From Octopus vulgaris (lineage: Eukaryota), in NCBI GenBank assembly GCA_951406725.2, contig OX597818.1, forward strand, positions 67,456,001 to 67,520,000: a stretch of DNA of 64,000 nt. Direction: 5' to 3'. A model generated the notes under the pieces. The model searched no databases and was not told where the DNA came from. It saw only the letters and a program-made list of their open reading frames with translations. Numbering within the stretch: position 1 is the first letter of the stretch; every line of letters starts with the position of its first letter. The position numbers were made by a program, and so were the translations under genes. This document shows positions 52,593-64,000 of this stretch, piece by piece.

Positions 52593-54049
52593 ATGTTGGT
52601 TCTATACCTTTTACTCAAGACCAGTAACTTTGGGGAACGGAGAATCCAATTGCATGCAGACCAGGGCTCAGCTAGGACTTATTTTCTAAGCCTTGGAAGC
52701 ATGAAAGGACAAATCTTCTTAGGCAGATTTTGAACTTGGTACGTCCGCTCTACTTGATATTTACTATGAAAAGGTCACAAATAGCGAAGAAAGAAAGTTG
52801 ACAAACAAACAACTGATTGATTTTTTTAACCACCTCATTAAACAAGCCTACGTTAAAATGCGTAGATCGTCAGACTAACAATAAGGCAACGATATTGAAC
52901 GAGTGTAAGTGTTCCTTGGCATTATAAGCTTCCCAAACACGCAATTTCTTTACTTTCATTTTATGAATTTCACCGTGTGTTAACTAACCTTTTGTCTACA
53001 AATATTATTTCTACGTGATGATGACATTGTATTACTGGTGGAGTTGGTGTACTTTCATTTATTTCTAATACTGGACCATAACTTTAGGAGGCACAAATAC
53101 ACACAAACACACACACATAAAAAACTCACATACGCGCATACACGCACGTGCCTCTAAACCACACATATTTACGTATATGATGGCTGAAACTTTATTGAAA
53201 TTAATGGCACGATTTGATTGTTCTCTAAGACATAAATACCACATGTGTGGCCTCTTAGACCTGATTGAAAATTACACTATTTTAAAAAGATGTCGGGACG
53301 ATAGTCACGTGGCATACTTGGAAAACCTGAAACCACGATAGCAGCAAAATAATTGTAAATTTGCAATTTTCAGAATATCTGTAACAAGTAGGGAAACTTC
53401 ATGATATGTGGTACTAGTGAAGCCTGTCGGAATACTGTCAAACTGTAAACCTCGCCTCAACAATGGGATGTTTACTTTATATTCTCTATTTGCTCTTTCT
53501 TTAAATTGGTTCGGACACGTTTCAAAGGAGATTTGGCAGCACATTTTGGAACTTAGAGCGGAAAGGAAGAACTTGCAGCAGAACAAAGTAACGGAGGAAG
53601 AGGGTTAATGCACAAAACTTTTCTAAGATACAGCCTCATTATTGGTGTAAAACACTGAGTTGAATCCTACTCAGTTATAGACAATTTCGGAATGATTTCC
53701 TGCAACTGTGTAAATACATATTCTGCATTTCCTCGAGATTTTTACATTTTTATTTTGTACATTACCGAAGTTAAATGAAAATCTGAATCAAATTTGTTCC
53801 GATGCAAATTCCTTGGCTCTACCTCTGGAACACCTACACATAAAATCCCAAGCATGAACTCAATTATCTTTCATTTTTAGCTTTCTCTCTTATGATTCAA
53901 TATAACTAATCTGGGTTCCTTTTTACACTTTCGTTTAATCTATAATTTTCTTTCAATAATTCACTTTACTGTTCTATATTGAAAATTGTCTCGCATTTGC
54001 GTCTGTATTAAAAGAAACATATTTGTAAGAGACAGGAAAATATAACCTT

Positions 54050-54440
54050 TAAAGATTGGTAATTTTAAAAGTTTCGGAATAATACAATTGGCTCCTATTC
54101 ATGGACTGACAGCATTTTTGCAGTTATTCCATTTGGAGTTGGAAATTTTCAATTTCTTCTAATTTTATGCCATCCAATAATAATATTAGTTAATGTCTAA
54201 CGTTAACAGACGTGCACAATAGTTTTATTGTCAGAGTGACAGCAAGGTTAAATGAACCTATCAACGTGATTATTACAGGAATGCATTTTCAGGATTTACT
54301 CCTGAAAAGACATTTTATTATAACATTTTTTGACATTTTCCAATCTCAGAAAACCAAAACCAAAAAGAAGACCCATAAAATCTGGCAAAGAGAATAATTT
54401 GTAAACAGATAATTTGTTAATTAAGCAGTGGAATAAAGAA
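54050..54440 (+). repeat. Diverged ~370-bp repeat, copy 3 of 3
   Basis: Same colinear blocks as the 51620 copy. Confidence 0.75.
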
Positions 54441-56044
54441 ATCCGATGGGGTTCGAGCAAGGTTCTATGAACAGAGTCCCTCTGCGTTGATTAACAACAG
54501 AAATACAAAGAACACACTGCACAAATTCTAAAATGTGCGTTCAACTCCTTGCAATATGAAGCTGATACCATATTATTAATTTCAAAATATATTATTATTC
54601 TGAAATCCTAGAGAAAAACGAGTTGCATAATCAGCTGTGAATTTCTTTGAGAATTTGAATCAGAAATCAAAATAATGTAAGACTGGAGGTCACTAACTTC
54701 ACATGCTGAAACTATTAAAAGCCGAGAAATAATGTATAGCATAGAAAATGTTTATTTACAAATTTGAGGAAGGCTGAAATGCTCTAATATGAAACTTTCA
54801 GTGTTTAAACTCCTGCACGCACTGAACTATTACAGATCAACTTTATCCAGAAAATTACTTTGGAAACCTGGATGCAATTTTAAATCTCTGCTATTCTAAT
54901 CTATGTAAAAAATAAAAGGTATTGAAATTAATGATCTTTCATTGTCAACGAGGAACAGTGTCTGGCAATGAATACTATTATCTCGGCCAAATAAGTCAAT
55001 ATGGTCAAATACGTCAATAAGGTTGTCAAACTTCTACGAAGGAAAACAAACCTCCTGCACTCTGCTCTCTTCTCTCTCGATAGAGAACTGCTTCTGGAAC
55101 TAGAGCAAACACTCGCCATATCGCGGTGCACCTCTCGCGGTTCATCTGTTGTAGTTTATTATCTAAGCTTACGTCGATCCACCTGTGGTGTTTTTTTTAC
55201 ATTTAATAATAAAATAGATATACACAAATTATAAAGATAATTTCAAAAATATAAAGTAATGTTTCTACTTCGCTTATTTTCACATATCGCGGTTGGGTGT
55301 TAGTAAGCCCCGCGATAGTCAAAGGATTACTTTATTTCTGAAAATGAATGGAAATTTAATGGCAGGAGAGCCTTTAAATATATGTTTGGTTGTTTAGGAA
55401 TGACGAAGGATTATATGATAACAGAATGACTAAATAATTTCCAGTTAATGGGTGACGTGTTTCAATCGGCACGAAAACACAAATGCAATTATAATTAGAT
55501 CCAACCAAGCTAAAGCAGAGGTGGTCAGGCTTGGAAATCCTTTACTGTTTACCCTACTAAATTAAAGCTACTCTGGGAAATAAACGACACCCGCTACGAT
55601 AGCAACATCGCTGTACACAAATGTTATGATTATAGAAATATAAAGCAGAATCTTGAGAACGGAGAAGGCAAGAGTTTGAAATGAGATCAAATCCACTACA
55701 GACATTCGAGCATATTGTCCAATAATAAGCTGTGCCTCATTAACCTTTTGACGTCTTTGTTAATTACAAATATAGTCGCCAATATTTCTTGATCATCGAG
55801 AATGGCAAATGATTATTGAAACAATTTATTATCTAACATTACACACAATTCTGTTACACTCCTTATCAGAAATATATATGTATATATGTATCAAAAGTAT
55901 ACACACACAGGCACACATTTGCAAAGACAGATGATACATCGAAATATGTGGTGCATTTACGTCAGTTTCCCTACAACATATAACAATGTTAACTTCATAA
56001 TATCCTCCAAATTCTTTACGGTATCTGTCCTGTGGTTATAGTCC

Positions 56045-56260
56045 GCGAAGTGGCAGGTCGTCAGAAAGCTGCGCAAAATGTAAAGCAATATTTCGTCCGT
56101 CTTTAAATCTTAAGTTCAAATTTCGCCGTGATAGTTTTGGCTTTCGTATCGTTTGGAGTCGATGAAATAATTACCATTTGAGCACAGGAGTGGATGTAAT
56201 CGACTCATTTGTTATCCTGAAATTAAAGACCTTATGCAAAACCTGAAACCAATATTAAAT
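56045..56260 (+). mobile_element. SINE family C, old copy
   Basis: AAGTTCAAATTTCGCCG..GTCGATGAAATAATTACCA..GATGTAATCGACT..TGAAACC. Confidence 0.6.
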
Positions 56261-56326
56261 CATTCTTGAGGGACCACCTGCAAGAATCGTCGGCACGCCA
56301 GGGAAAATATTTAGCAGTATTTAGCC

Positions 56327-56467
56327 TCTATATTTAAGAGATGAGAAATTACGTACAATATTTACATTATTTACATTTGACGGATATTTATCCTCATCTT
56401 GTTTGTTGTGTGAACAACGAACAACATGAGATAAATATCCGTCAAATGTAAATAATGTAAATAATGA
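56327..56467. mobile_element. Family D collapsed fold-back (two inverted tail ends) nested inside a SINE C copy (~56280-56630)
   Basis: TTTACATTATTTACATTTGACGGATATTTATC..GATAAATATCCGTCAAATGTAAATAATGTAAA, with a SINE C head upstream and the SINE C body downstream. Confidence 0.8.
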
Positions 56468-56793
56468 GCATTTCGTATGTCTTTACTTTCAGTGTCCAAG
56501 TGCCACCAGGTCGAATTCGCCATCGTTCCTTTCCGGGTCAATAAAATAAATGGTAGTTTGTGCAATGTAAAGGCCTTGACTCTTTCCTCGATTTTGCAGG
56601 CCTCTTCACAGAATTTGAAACCAATATTATAATGCTCTTCAGCATAAATTTAAATAAGCAAACGCATATAAATATATATTAAGTACTTTATTGATTTTTA
56701 GAAAAACGTTTTTATAGTACATGTGTTTTCTATATGGTGTGAATAACGCCTTTCACTATTGAATTGCTTAATGGAGGATTTTCTTTCAATTTT

Positions 56794-56902
<109 letters not shown>

Positions 56903-57564
56903 CACAGGCGGTAGGCAATGGCGAACATTCTGCAAACTTAATTTACAAAGCATTGGCTACTCTGGGACTACAGTTGAAAATATTTGAGATAGAACTCGAG
57001 ACGACCTGGTTGCGAAGAGAATTTGTAATAAACACAGTCATGTTTGCGCCTATAATATATAATCAAGGTAATTATTTATTTTGTTTTTGAAATGCGCAAA
57101 AAAGTTCATTTTGGTCGAGTAATTAATATAGGTAGCAATTACCTTTAATTACGTATGATTGATTCTAACGTGAATTAGGCAGGGGATTGCCAAGATTGTA
57201 TTAATTTATTTATTTTTAATTAACTTTGGAGTTGCTATTTCAATTAACCCGAGAAGAACAACTGCGGGAAATTAACCCACTCTGATGGGATACCTCTAAA
57301 TGGGGGACGTTTTTCGCTAGAAATAGCAACCAGATATCCCCGAAATCATATATTTTGTTAATTAAAGTAGAACCGATTAAATAATGTAGAGTTAAGATAT
57401 TGTGGATGTTCATGAATGAGGTATGGTACGTGCGGAAGGATTACTCTTTGGATAAGACCTATAGTTAAAAAAAAAACCAATCACAACTCCAACACAAAAT
57501 GGAGAAACAATGTTAGCGAATTCATTCGTTTCACATTTTGACACACGAACATCAATTTCGGGCA

Positions 57565-57740
57565 AGGGGAAAGTCGATTAAATCGAACCCGGTGTTCAAT
57601 TGATACTTGTTTTATCAGTTTCAAAAGTATCAAGGTAAAGTCGACCTCGGCGCAATTTCAACTCAGAGCCTACACACGGAAAAAATATTGCTAAACGTTT
57701 CGACCGGTATGCTAATGATTTTTTGCTTGCTCGCACCTTT
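57565..57740 (-). mobile_element. SINE family C, diverged
   Basis: AAAGTCGACCTCGGCG..AACTCAGAG core in reverse orientation. Confidence 0.7.
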
Positions 57741-58004
57741 CGCCCCGGTAATATTATGTAGAAATATACATAGTATGTAGAAAATCTAAGTGTCTGGTTT
57801 TAAATACTCTACAAATACTTTTGCTGCAAGTATTATTTTTTCCGCTCCTCATGGTTTCTGAGTTTACTTTCGGCTACCAACTATCTTGGCGAATGACAGA
57901 AAATCTCGCCGGATTCTAATGTTCCAGATCCTTCCATTCATATATTCATATCTACTTACTTGAATATGTACATAGATACATACATTCATACAGGCACGGA
58001 TCTG

Positions 58005-58355
58005 GATGTATGGTAAAATGTTTGCTGTCAACCATATGGTTCGGGTTTCAGTCCCATTGTGTACCAGCTTGGACAAGTATCCTCCACTGTAGCCTTGTGA
58101 GTGGAATTGCCCAGAGGAAATTGAAAGAAGCCTCATAAACACCACACACACACACACATACACACATACGTGCGTGTGTGTGTGTCCAATCACTGCTTGA
58201 TAGCCGATGTTTTCTTTAAATACCCGTTACTTCGTGGTTCCTCAAAACACACGGATATGATAATACCGAACCATGAAAATAAATACACACTTTGGTTAAT
58301 TGATTCAACTAACCATGGCTGCAGTCTAATGCCTGAAACAAGTAGAAGATAAAGG
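58005..58355 (+). mobile_element. SINE family B, old copy
   Basis: AACCATATGGTT..CAGTCCCA..CCTTGTGAGTGGA..GAAAGAAGCC..CATGGCTGCAGTC..TGAAACAAGTA. Confidence 0.7.
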
Positions 58356-58459
58356 ACTTCAATACAGGCAGTGTACAAATCTTCCCGGCGATTCGAATAG
58401 CACAATATTCTAGCAATAATTTGTAGCCTCGCCTAGATCCGTGACCACTGTATCATATG

Positions 58460-59010
58460 AGATTTCGAAAGCTATGCACCTGGAGTCTCAGAGCAGCAGA
58501 TTGCTACGAAATATCAAGCGAATAAAAGTGACAGTGAGCCCTCAGAGCATCAAGTTACAAGCGAAAATATATATGGTCATCATTCTGTAGAAGACGTTTT
58601 TCATGTGAATAGTAACTGCCTAAAGATGTCATCAGAGTACTACTTCTCTGTGCGACAAGACATTGTTTTCAAAACAATTTACAATGCCATTCTCAAAAAT
58701 AAAGGACAGCGGTTTTTCCCGGAATAGACACAGAGAAACCCTGGCTATTGGATACATAGACACACGTCAACACAAAGAAAGGTTGTAGAACATTCACCTC
58801 AAAACTTCTATCAGCTTTAAGCATAGCAGACCGGATATTATTGCTTTGGCCAGACAAGAAAATGCATGTCCCAGTGTAAACCTAAATAAAATGTATGCAT
58901 ATCACACCTGATATAATGATTTGGATAGAGAAGAGAAACTGTGTACAGTTTTGGAAATTAACTGCCCAGCGGAAGTTAACATAAAGCTGAAGATCGGTGA
59001 ACAAGATTGC
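58460..59010 (+). pseudogene. Decayed RLE-type (R4/Dong-like) retrotransposon C-terminal fragment
   Basis: FESYAPGVSEQQIATKY; VEDVFHVNSNCLKMSSEYYFSVRQDIV (relic CCHC/RHD); KHSRPDII; PDIMIW; LCTVLEINCPAEVNI. Confidence 0.65.
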
Positions 59011-59426
59011 ATGCTCCTTGAGAGGTGAGCCATTGATGTGAAAACCCGAAAAATACTAACAGGCACTCACAATTTCCACATAACAGTGACGTAGACCATC
59101 TCTACCTAAAACGAAATCAAGGCGGCGAATGTTTAGCATCGATTCAAAATGCCTTTCAGTGTCTCATCATATCACTTCGGCTAGATCTTTAACCCACAAC
59201 GTGTCGAAGTCCATCACTTGACCAAATTTGCATACATGAAGCTGATAACTTCATAAATCTTGAAAGGCAGCTCCTTCAGCAACTCTCTTTGGGTGATAAC
59301 CTAGAATACTCGCCCAAAGTATTCGCATGACTCTACTGCAAAGTATCATAAGTTGAAAAGATGGGCCTATATGAGCAGAAGACTATACGTGGATATGTTA
59401 GTAGAAAGCTCCGGGATATGTATGTA

Positions 59427-59482
<56 letters not shown>

Positions 59483-60200
59483 CATATATAAATAAATGTG
59501 AATTACAGGGATATGTCGTATGTGGAGTCCCACTTGTAGAAAATAGAAATAAACAGTCTCCGACTGGTATTTCTAACTTTTTCGGCATGCGGCTAAGCAA
59601 CCTGTTGCCTGCCCCTTCTATTTATATACAATATATATACTGAACTTTACAGAAGTTCCTACCGTCAATGGTTATATTTACATGCCGAAATCTACCAGTA
59701 AATAAATGTTGGGTTTTTGAAAAACCATTGAAGAAATTATTTACTCTTATTATATTATATACCTATATATATATATATTGAGCATGTCTAGATATGAAAC
59801 TATATGCATGAGAATATATGCATATAGTATACATACATAGATACATATGTACAATTAATGGTGCGTGGTTAGGTGTTTATTGTGTATCCTTAATGATCGC
59901 GGGATTGTGGTTTCGACTGCTTACTCAGAGGTGAGTTGCATTTTTCAGCGAAAAAATCTTCATCATAGCTTCTCTCCGATCACTTCAACAAGTGAAGCCT
60001 GACACACCGTGCATCTGTACAATGTCAATTTCAGTGAGGGACTGAGATACTTTGAAGTACAAATACTAGACTACAATAAATAAGTCTCCCTTGTCTCTCA
60101 TCTACGACAGGAGGCTCCACACACGCGCAAACACACACATGTATATATGCACATACATGCACACACACACACACATATATATATATGCACATACATGCAT

Positions 60201-60244
<44 letters not shown>

Positions 60245-60367
60245 CTATATATATATAGATAGATAGATAGAGATAGATAGATAGATAGATAGATATATAG
60301 AGAGAGAGAGAGAGATAGTGTGTGTGTGTGTTTGTGATAGAGAGATAGAGAGATTTGTAAATATATA

Positions 60368-60582
60368 TTGCTTTATTGCCCACAAGAGGACTTAACATAG
60401 AGGGGGCAAACAAAGATATTTAGTCGATTACATTGACCCCAGTGCATAACTGGTACTTATTTAATCGACCCCGAAAGGATGAAAGGCAAAGTCGACCTCG
60501 GCGGAATTTGAACTCAGAACATACAGACTGACGAAATACCGCTAAGCATTTCGCCCGGCGTGCTAACGTTTCTGCCAGCTCT
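60368..60582 (-). mobile_element. SINE family C, well conserved
   Basis: Reverse complement of the canonical family C sequence. Confidence 0.9.
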
Positions 60583-62026
60583 CTTTTATTAGAGAGAGTA
60601 CATGGAGCGCACGTCTATGAAAAGCTTAAGTACTTGTTAGATTTGCTTTTCCAGACAGAGCAAGTACATGGTCTGTGAGTCCTTCGAGCTCTTTGAAATT
60701 TACATGAAAATGAATGCGAACATGCATCACTTCAGTGGCACAAACTCTGGAACAGGAGCTAGAACACTATATTTTTATGTAGTCATTCCAGACATGGATA
60801 GGCCACCACTTGCTTCCGAGGTCATGAAAGAGATATCCAGGGAAATTTTCCAATTTAATATTCTGAACGTGATTCGAATAGTGACATAAATACTACATCT
60901 GAACAATCCAGTGAGGTTTCTCCTTCATTCCAGTGAAAAACACTCAAAGGTTTAAAAATGTCAACCATTCAATTAGTTACTTTCTGTTTCTGTTCATTTT
61001 TTTTTACTTCCATTTCTTAGGACCTCATGTGAGGATATTGGCATCCTTTGCACTAGGATGTTTCATGGAATTAATTAATTTTTTGTTGATTTCAAGAGCC
61101 TCATTGCGAAAGTCCCAATAATGTCCCACCCAGCACATTTGAATAGATACATTTCCTTTATAAAGTGCTTAAACTTGTGCGCATTTTATGTTTCCGACTC
61201 AAATAGTTTCTTTATAATAGAGTATAACCCTTGACAAATTTTCCTGTTGGCTGCTCCTTGTGCATCTCTTGCACAAATGGCATGTGATGCACATCTCTCA
61301 TTTATCTGAAACTATTCGCAATGACACATTTCAATTTTTGTATTTTTCATTGACATTGGGTTTAAAATATTGAGCAAGAATTTGGGCATGACGTACCTGA
61401 TCCGTTTTAAACAGTTAGACATTCTTGAATCATATTCTACAAAACAGTCTGCACATTTCCTTTCCCGAAACCGTTACTCTTTTATGCTCTTTCGTATAAC
61501 TTCACTTTAGAATCATTCTCTAAGTCTTGCTCTGTGGCTACTTATGAATAATACTGAACTGCAAAAAGACAGCAAATTCCAAGCTTTTAACCTTTTAGGA
61601 CGTGTACGAAAACATGTGTTCGAAAACTGAAAAGCAAATAATCAATAAGCGACATTCTTACAATAAGGATAATGGGCAGGGCAGAATGTTGGGCTGGTCA
61701 TAGAATTATAGACTTGTGTGGACCAATGTAGTATCACATTTAAATCAAATATTAAGTATGGACTTTCATTCCATACAGATATATACGGGAAAAACATGTA
61801 CCACCATTAAGTTCAGCTACCCTACTTGTATGATGGGAACATGTCTCCGAAAATGCAAGTGAGGATAACTACGGGGAAACTGTTTCGTAAACCTAAGCTT
61901 AATTACCCAGATTATACCTTCACATTCATACTACCAAAAACAGTGCACTTGGGTTTATAACTAAATGCCAACGTGGCAGCTTGAAAATGCTAGGATTTTC
62001 AAAAATGTAATTAACCAATTAACATG

Positions 62027-62237
62027 CAGTTCTATATTTAAGAGATGAGGAATTATGTACATTATGTACATTATGTACATTATTTACATTATTTACATTT
62101 GCCGGATATTTGTCCTCATCTTGTTTATTGTTAACACAAAGTTCCGGCTGATATACCTTCAAGCTTTCTTCAGATGTCTTGGGGAAATTTCAAATTTGGG
62201 TTCTCATTCCTTAGGCATATTTTGATGTTATTGTTAT

Positions 62238-62289
<52 letters not shown>

Positions 62290-62352
62290 ACTACTACTAC
62301 TACTGCTACCACCAACAACACTATTACTACTACTACTATTACTTATTATTAA

Positions 62353-62400
<48 letters not shown>

Positions 62401-62566
62401 CATTCAAGTCACTGCTTGGAATCGAACTCGGAATCTCGGGGTTAGCAGCCCACGCCATTAACCACTACACCATATCCCCATGGGTATATCAGCCGAAACG
62501 TTGTATTAACAACAAACAAAACGATGACAAATATCCGTCAAATATAAGTAAAGTAAATAAAGTACA
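62027..62566. mobile_element. Family D: tRNA-headed HHR unit (62480->62027, -) plus inverted partial tail (62482-62566, +)
   Basis: Minus-strand head TGGTGTAGTGG (A box)..GGGCTGCTAACCC..GAGTTCGATTCC (B box); (AAT)n/(AGT)n; HHR relic GACAT-CTGAAGA..CAGCC-GGAA-CTTT-GTGTT at 62133-62178. The plus arm starts GGGTATATCAGCCGAAACGTTGT. Confidence 0.88.
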
Positions 62567-62743
62567 ACCAACATGCAGATTACAACTACAATCTCTAAAC
62601 AGAACAGTAAAAATATGAAAGAGTTTTCTAAAGTAAACTTATGATACTTTGTTATCTACTTTCCGAAGACAGAAACACGTATCTTTGTTAGAAATCAGCA
62701 CCTACTTACAAGAAGACTTGAGATAATTAGAAACAGGAGCAAA

Positions 62744-62805
<62 letters not shown>

Positions 62806-64000
62806 AAGAGATACATACATATATACATGCACACATGCAAACACACACTCACACACACGCGGTAACATATACATACGTATGCATACATACGTGGTGCGTG
62901 TGTATGATCTGCAAAAGCCCTCTGATTTTACAAAAAAAAATCAACAACACAAAACCAATTTGACTTCATTGAGAGATAAACTGCTGTAAAACAATTTACA
63001 CCTCTTTATTGTTTCTGGTGTTTAACTCTTAATGTGTTTTCAGTTAATTGAAATATCTTCGCATTAAAGAAGAGAATGGAGTTACCCAAAATAATCAGGG
63101 TTGCCTCGGGCTTTCATACATACATTAGTTGTGCGCTTCACTGAATATTATCATGCATTGCTGAACAATTCGGGAAAGGAAAGGAATCTTTTCTAATACT
63201 TGAGTTGTGGTGCTGTTAGAAATTATACGGTGTATTGAAATTATTTTAAACGGAACACTTAAGGAACCATTCCCATTTATATTCATATCGATACACACAC
63301 ATAGCCTGATGCAGTATCACCACCACTCATCTAATATACACATACTGTCACATGTGTGTATATATATATAATGTTTAGCAAGTAAAAATAGGAGCCTCTT
63401 CATAGTCACTTTGCTAGAAATAGCGACTGTATCCCAATTAAATCCCATTTTACCGTTTTTTAAAAAGAATTCGTTAATGTTCCTAGCTATATCTGGAAAA
63501 CAGTCGGATAGATGATGTTCCGTGTATCGCTTATCATCTGTATCTGATCTCAATCACTGCTCAATTTGGTTGGTTTATTGTAAATTAGTGACCTATTTCT
63601 TGTACTTTAGTGTTAAATAAACAGATCTATTTTGAAATACGTTTTAACCACTATCATTGTATCTGCATTTCTGACTTGAGATTATAATCCCATTACCTAA
63701 TAAATTATAGGCTTAAGGATGTGGAGTGTAATATGATAGATGTTTGTACATATTTCTAATACGTTAACCTACCAGATCGTAATAGCACGTCTGGTTTCTG
63801 AGCCATTGTATTTTAGCAAAGTATATGCGACCGCGCGCGTGTGTTTGTGTGTGTGCGTGCGTGTATGTGTGTATGCATATGCGTATGTGAGTGTGTGTGT
63901 CTCTATGTGTAGGATTCATGGATCGAGATGTAGGAAGCATTCCGTGGTAAATATAAATGAAGCAACTCTCAGGGACAATAGTGGTTTACTGAGACCGAAG

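Noticed and set aside
54930-55330. CpG-enriched promoter-like patch (a similar one at ~14440-14900)
   Set aside because: Composition alone, with no identifiable core promoter, exon or ORF support.
59562-59700. Inverted motifs ACTGGTA..TTTCGGCATG / CATGCCGAAA..TACCAGT suggesting an HHR
   Set aside because: No CUGANGA at the required position; only a short imperfect inverted repeat.
62400-62480. tRNA-Ser(GCT)-like gene (also tRNA-like heads at 27962, ~43850 and 44136)
   Set aside because: A/B boxes and an anticodon-like loop are present, but there is no proper acceptor stem or long variable arm. These heads are fused to repeat bodies and are treated as SINE heads.

Overview
AT-rich, microsatellite-dense eukaryotic DNA, probably intronic or intergenic. 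The SINE repertoire and repeat landscape suggest a cephalopod (octopus-like) genome; this is inference. No intact host gene could be supported. The window holds: a near full-length R4/Dong-type non-LTR retrotransposon inserted in an (AAT)n array, with a truncated relative stacked behind it; two older relics of the same clade; two Penelope-like (PLE) RT/GIY-YIG relics; a decayed DD37D (maT) Tc1/mariner transposon; a GG-ended MITE with 8-bp TSD and internal TTAGGG-like repeats; an RTE-like 3' end and an element sharing its tail; and many copies of at least three tRNA-headed SINE families (labelled A, B and C here). The most interesting signal is a set of minimal type-I hammerhead ribozyme (HHR) motifs. 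One recurring short family (D) combines a tRNA-derived Pol III head, an (AAT)n spacer and an HHR-bearing tail. It repeatedly occurs as fold-back insertions with an inverted partial copy, a PLE hallmark, so it is a candidate PLE-mobilised, ribozyme-carrying SINE/retrozyme system. All calls were made by eye; element boundaries are approximate.
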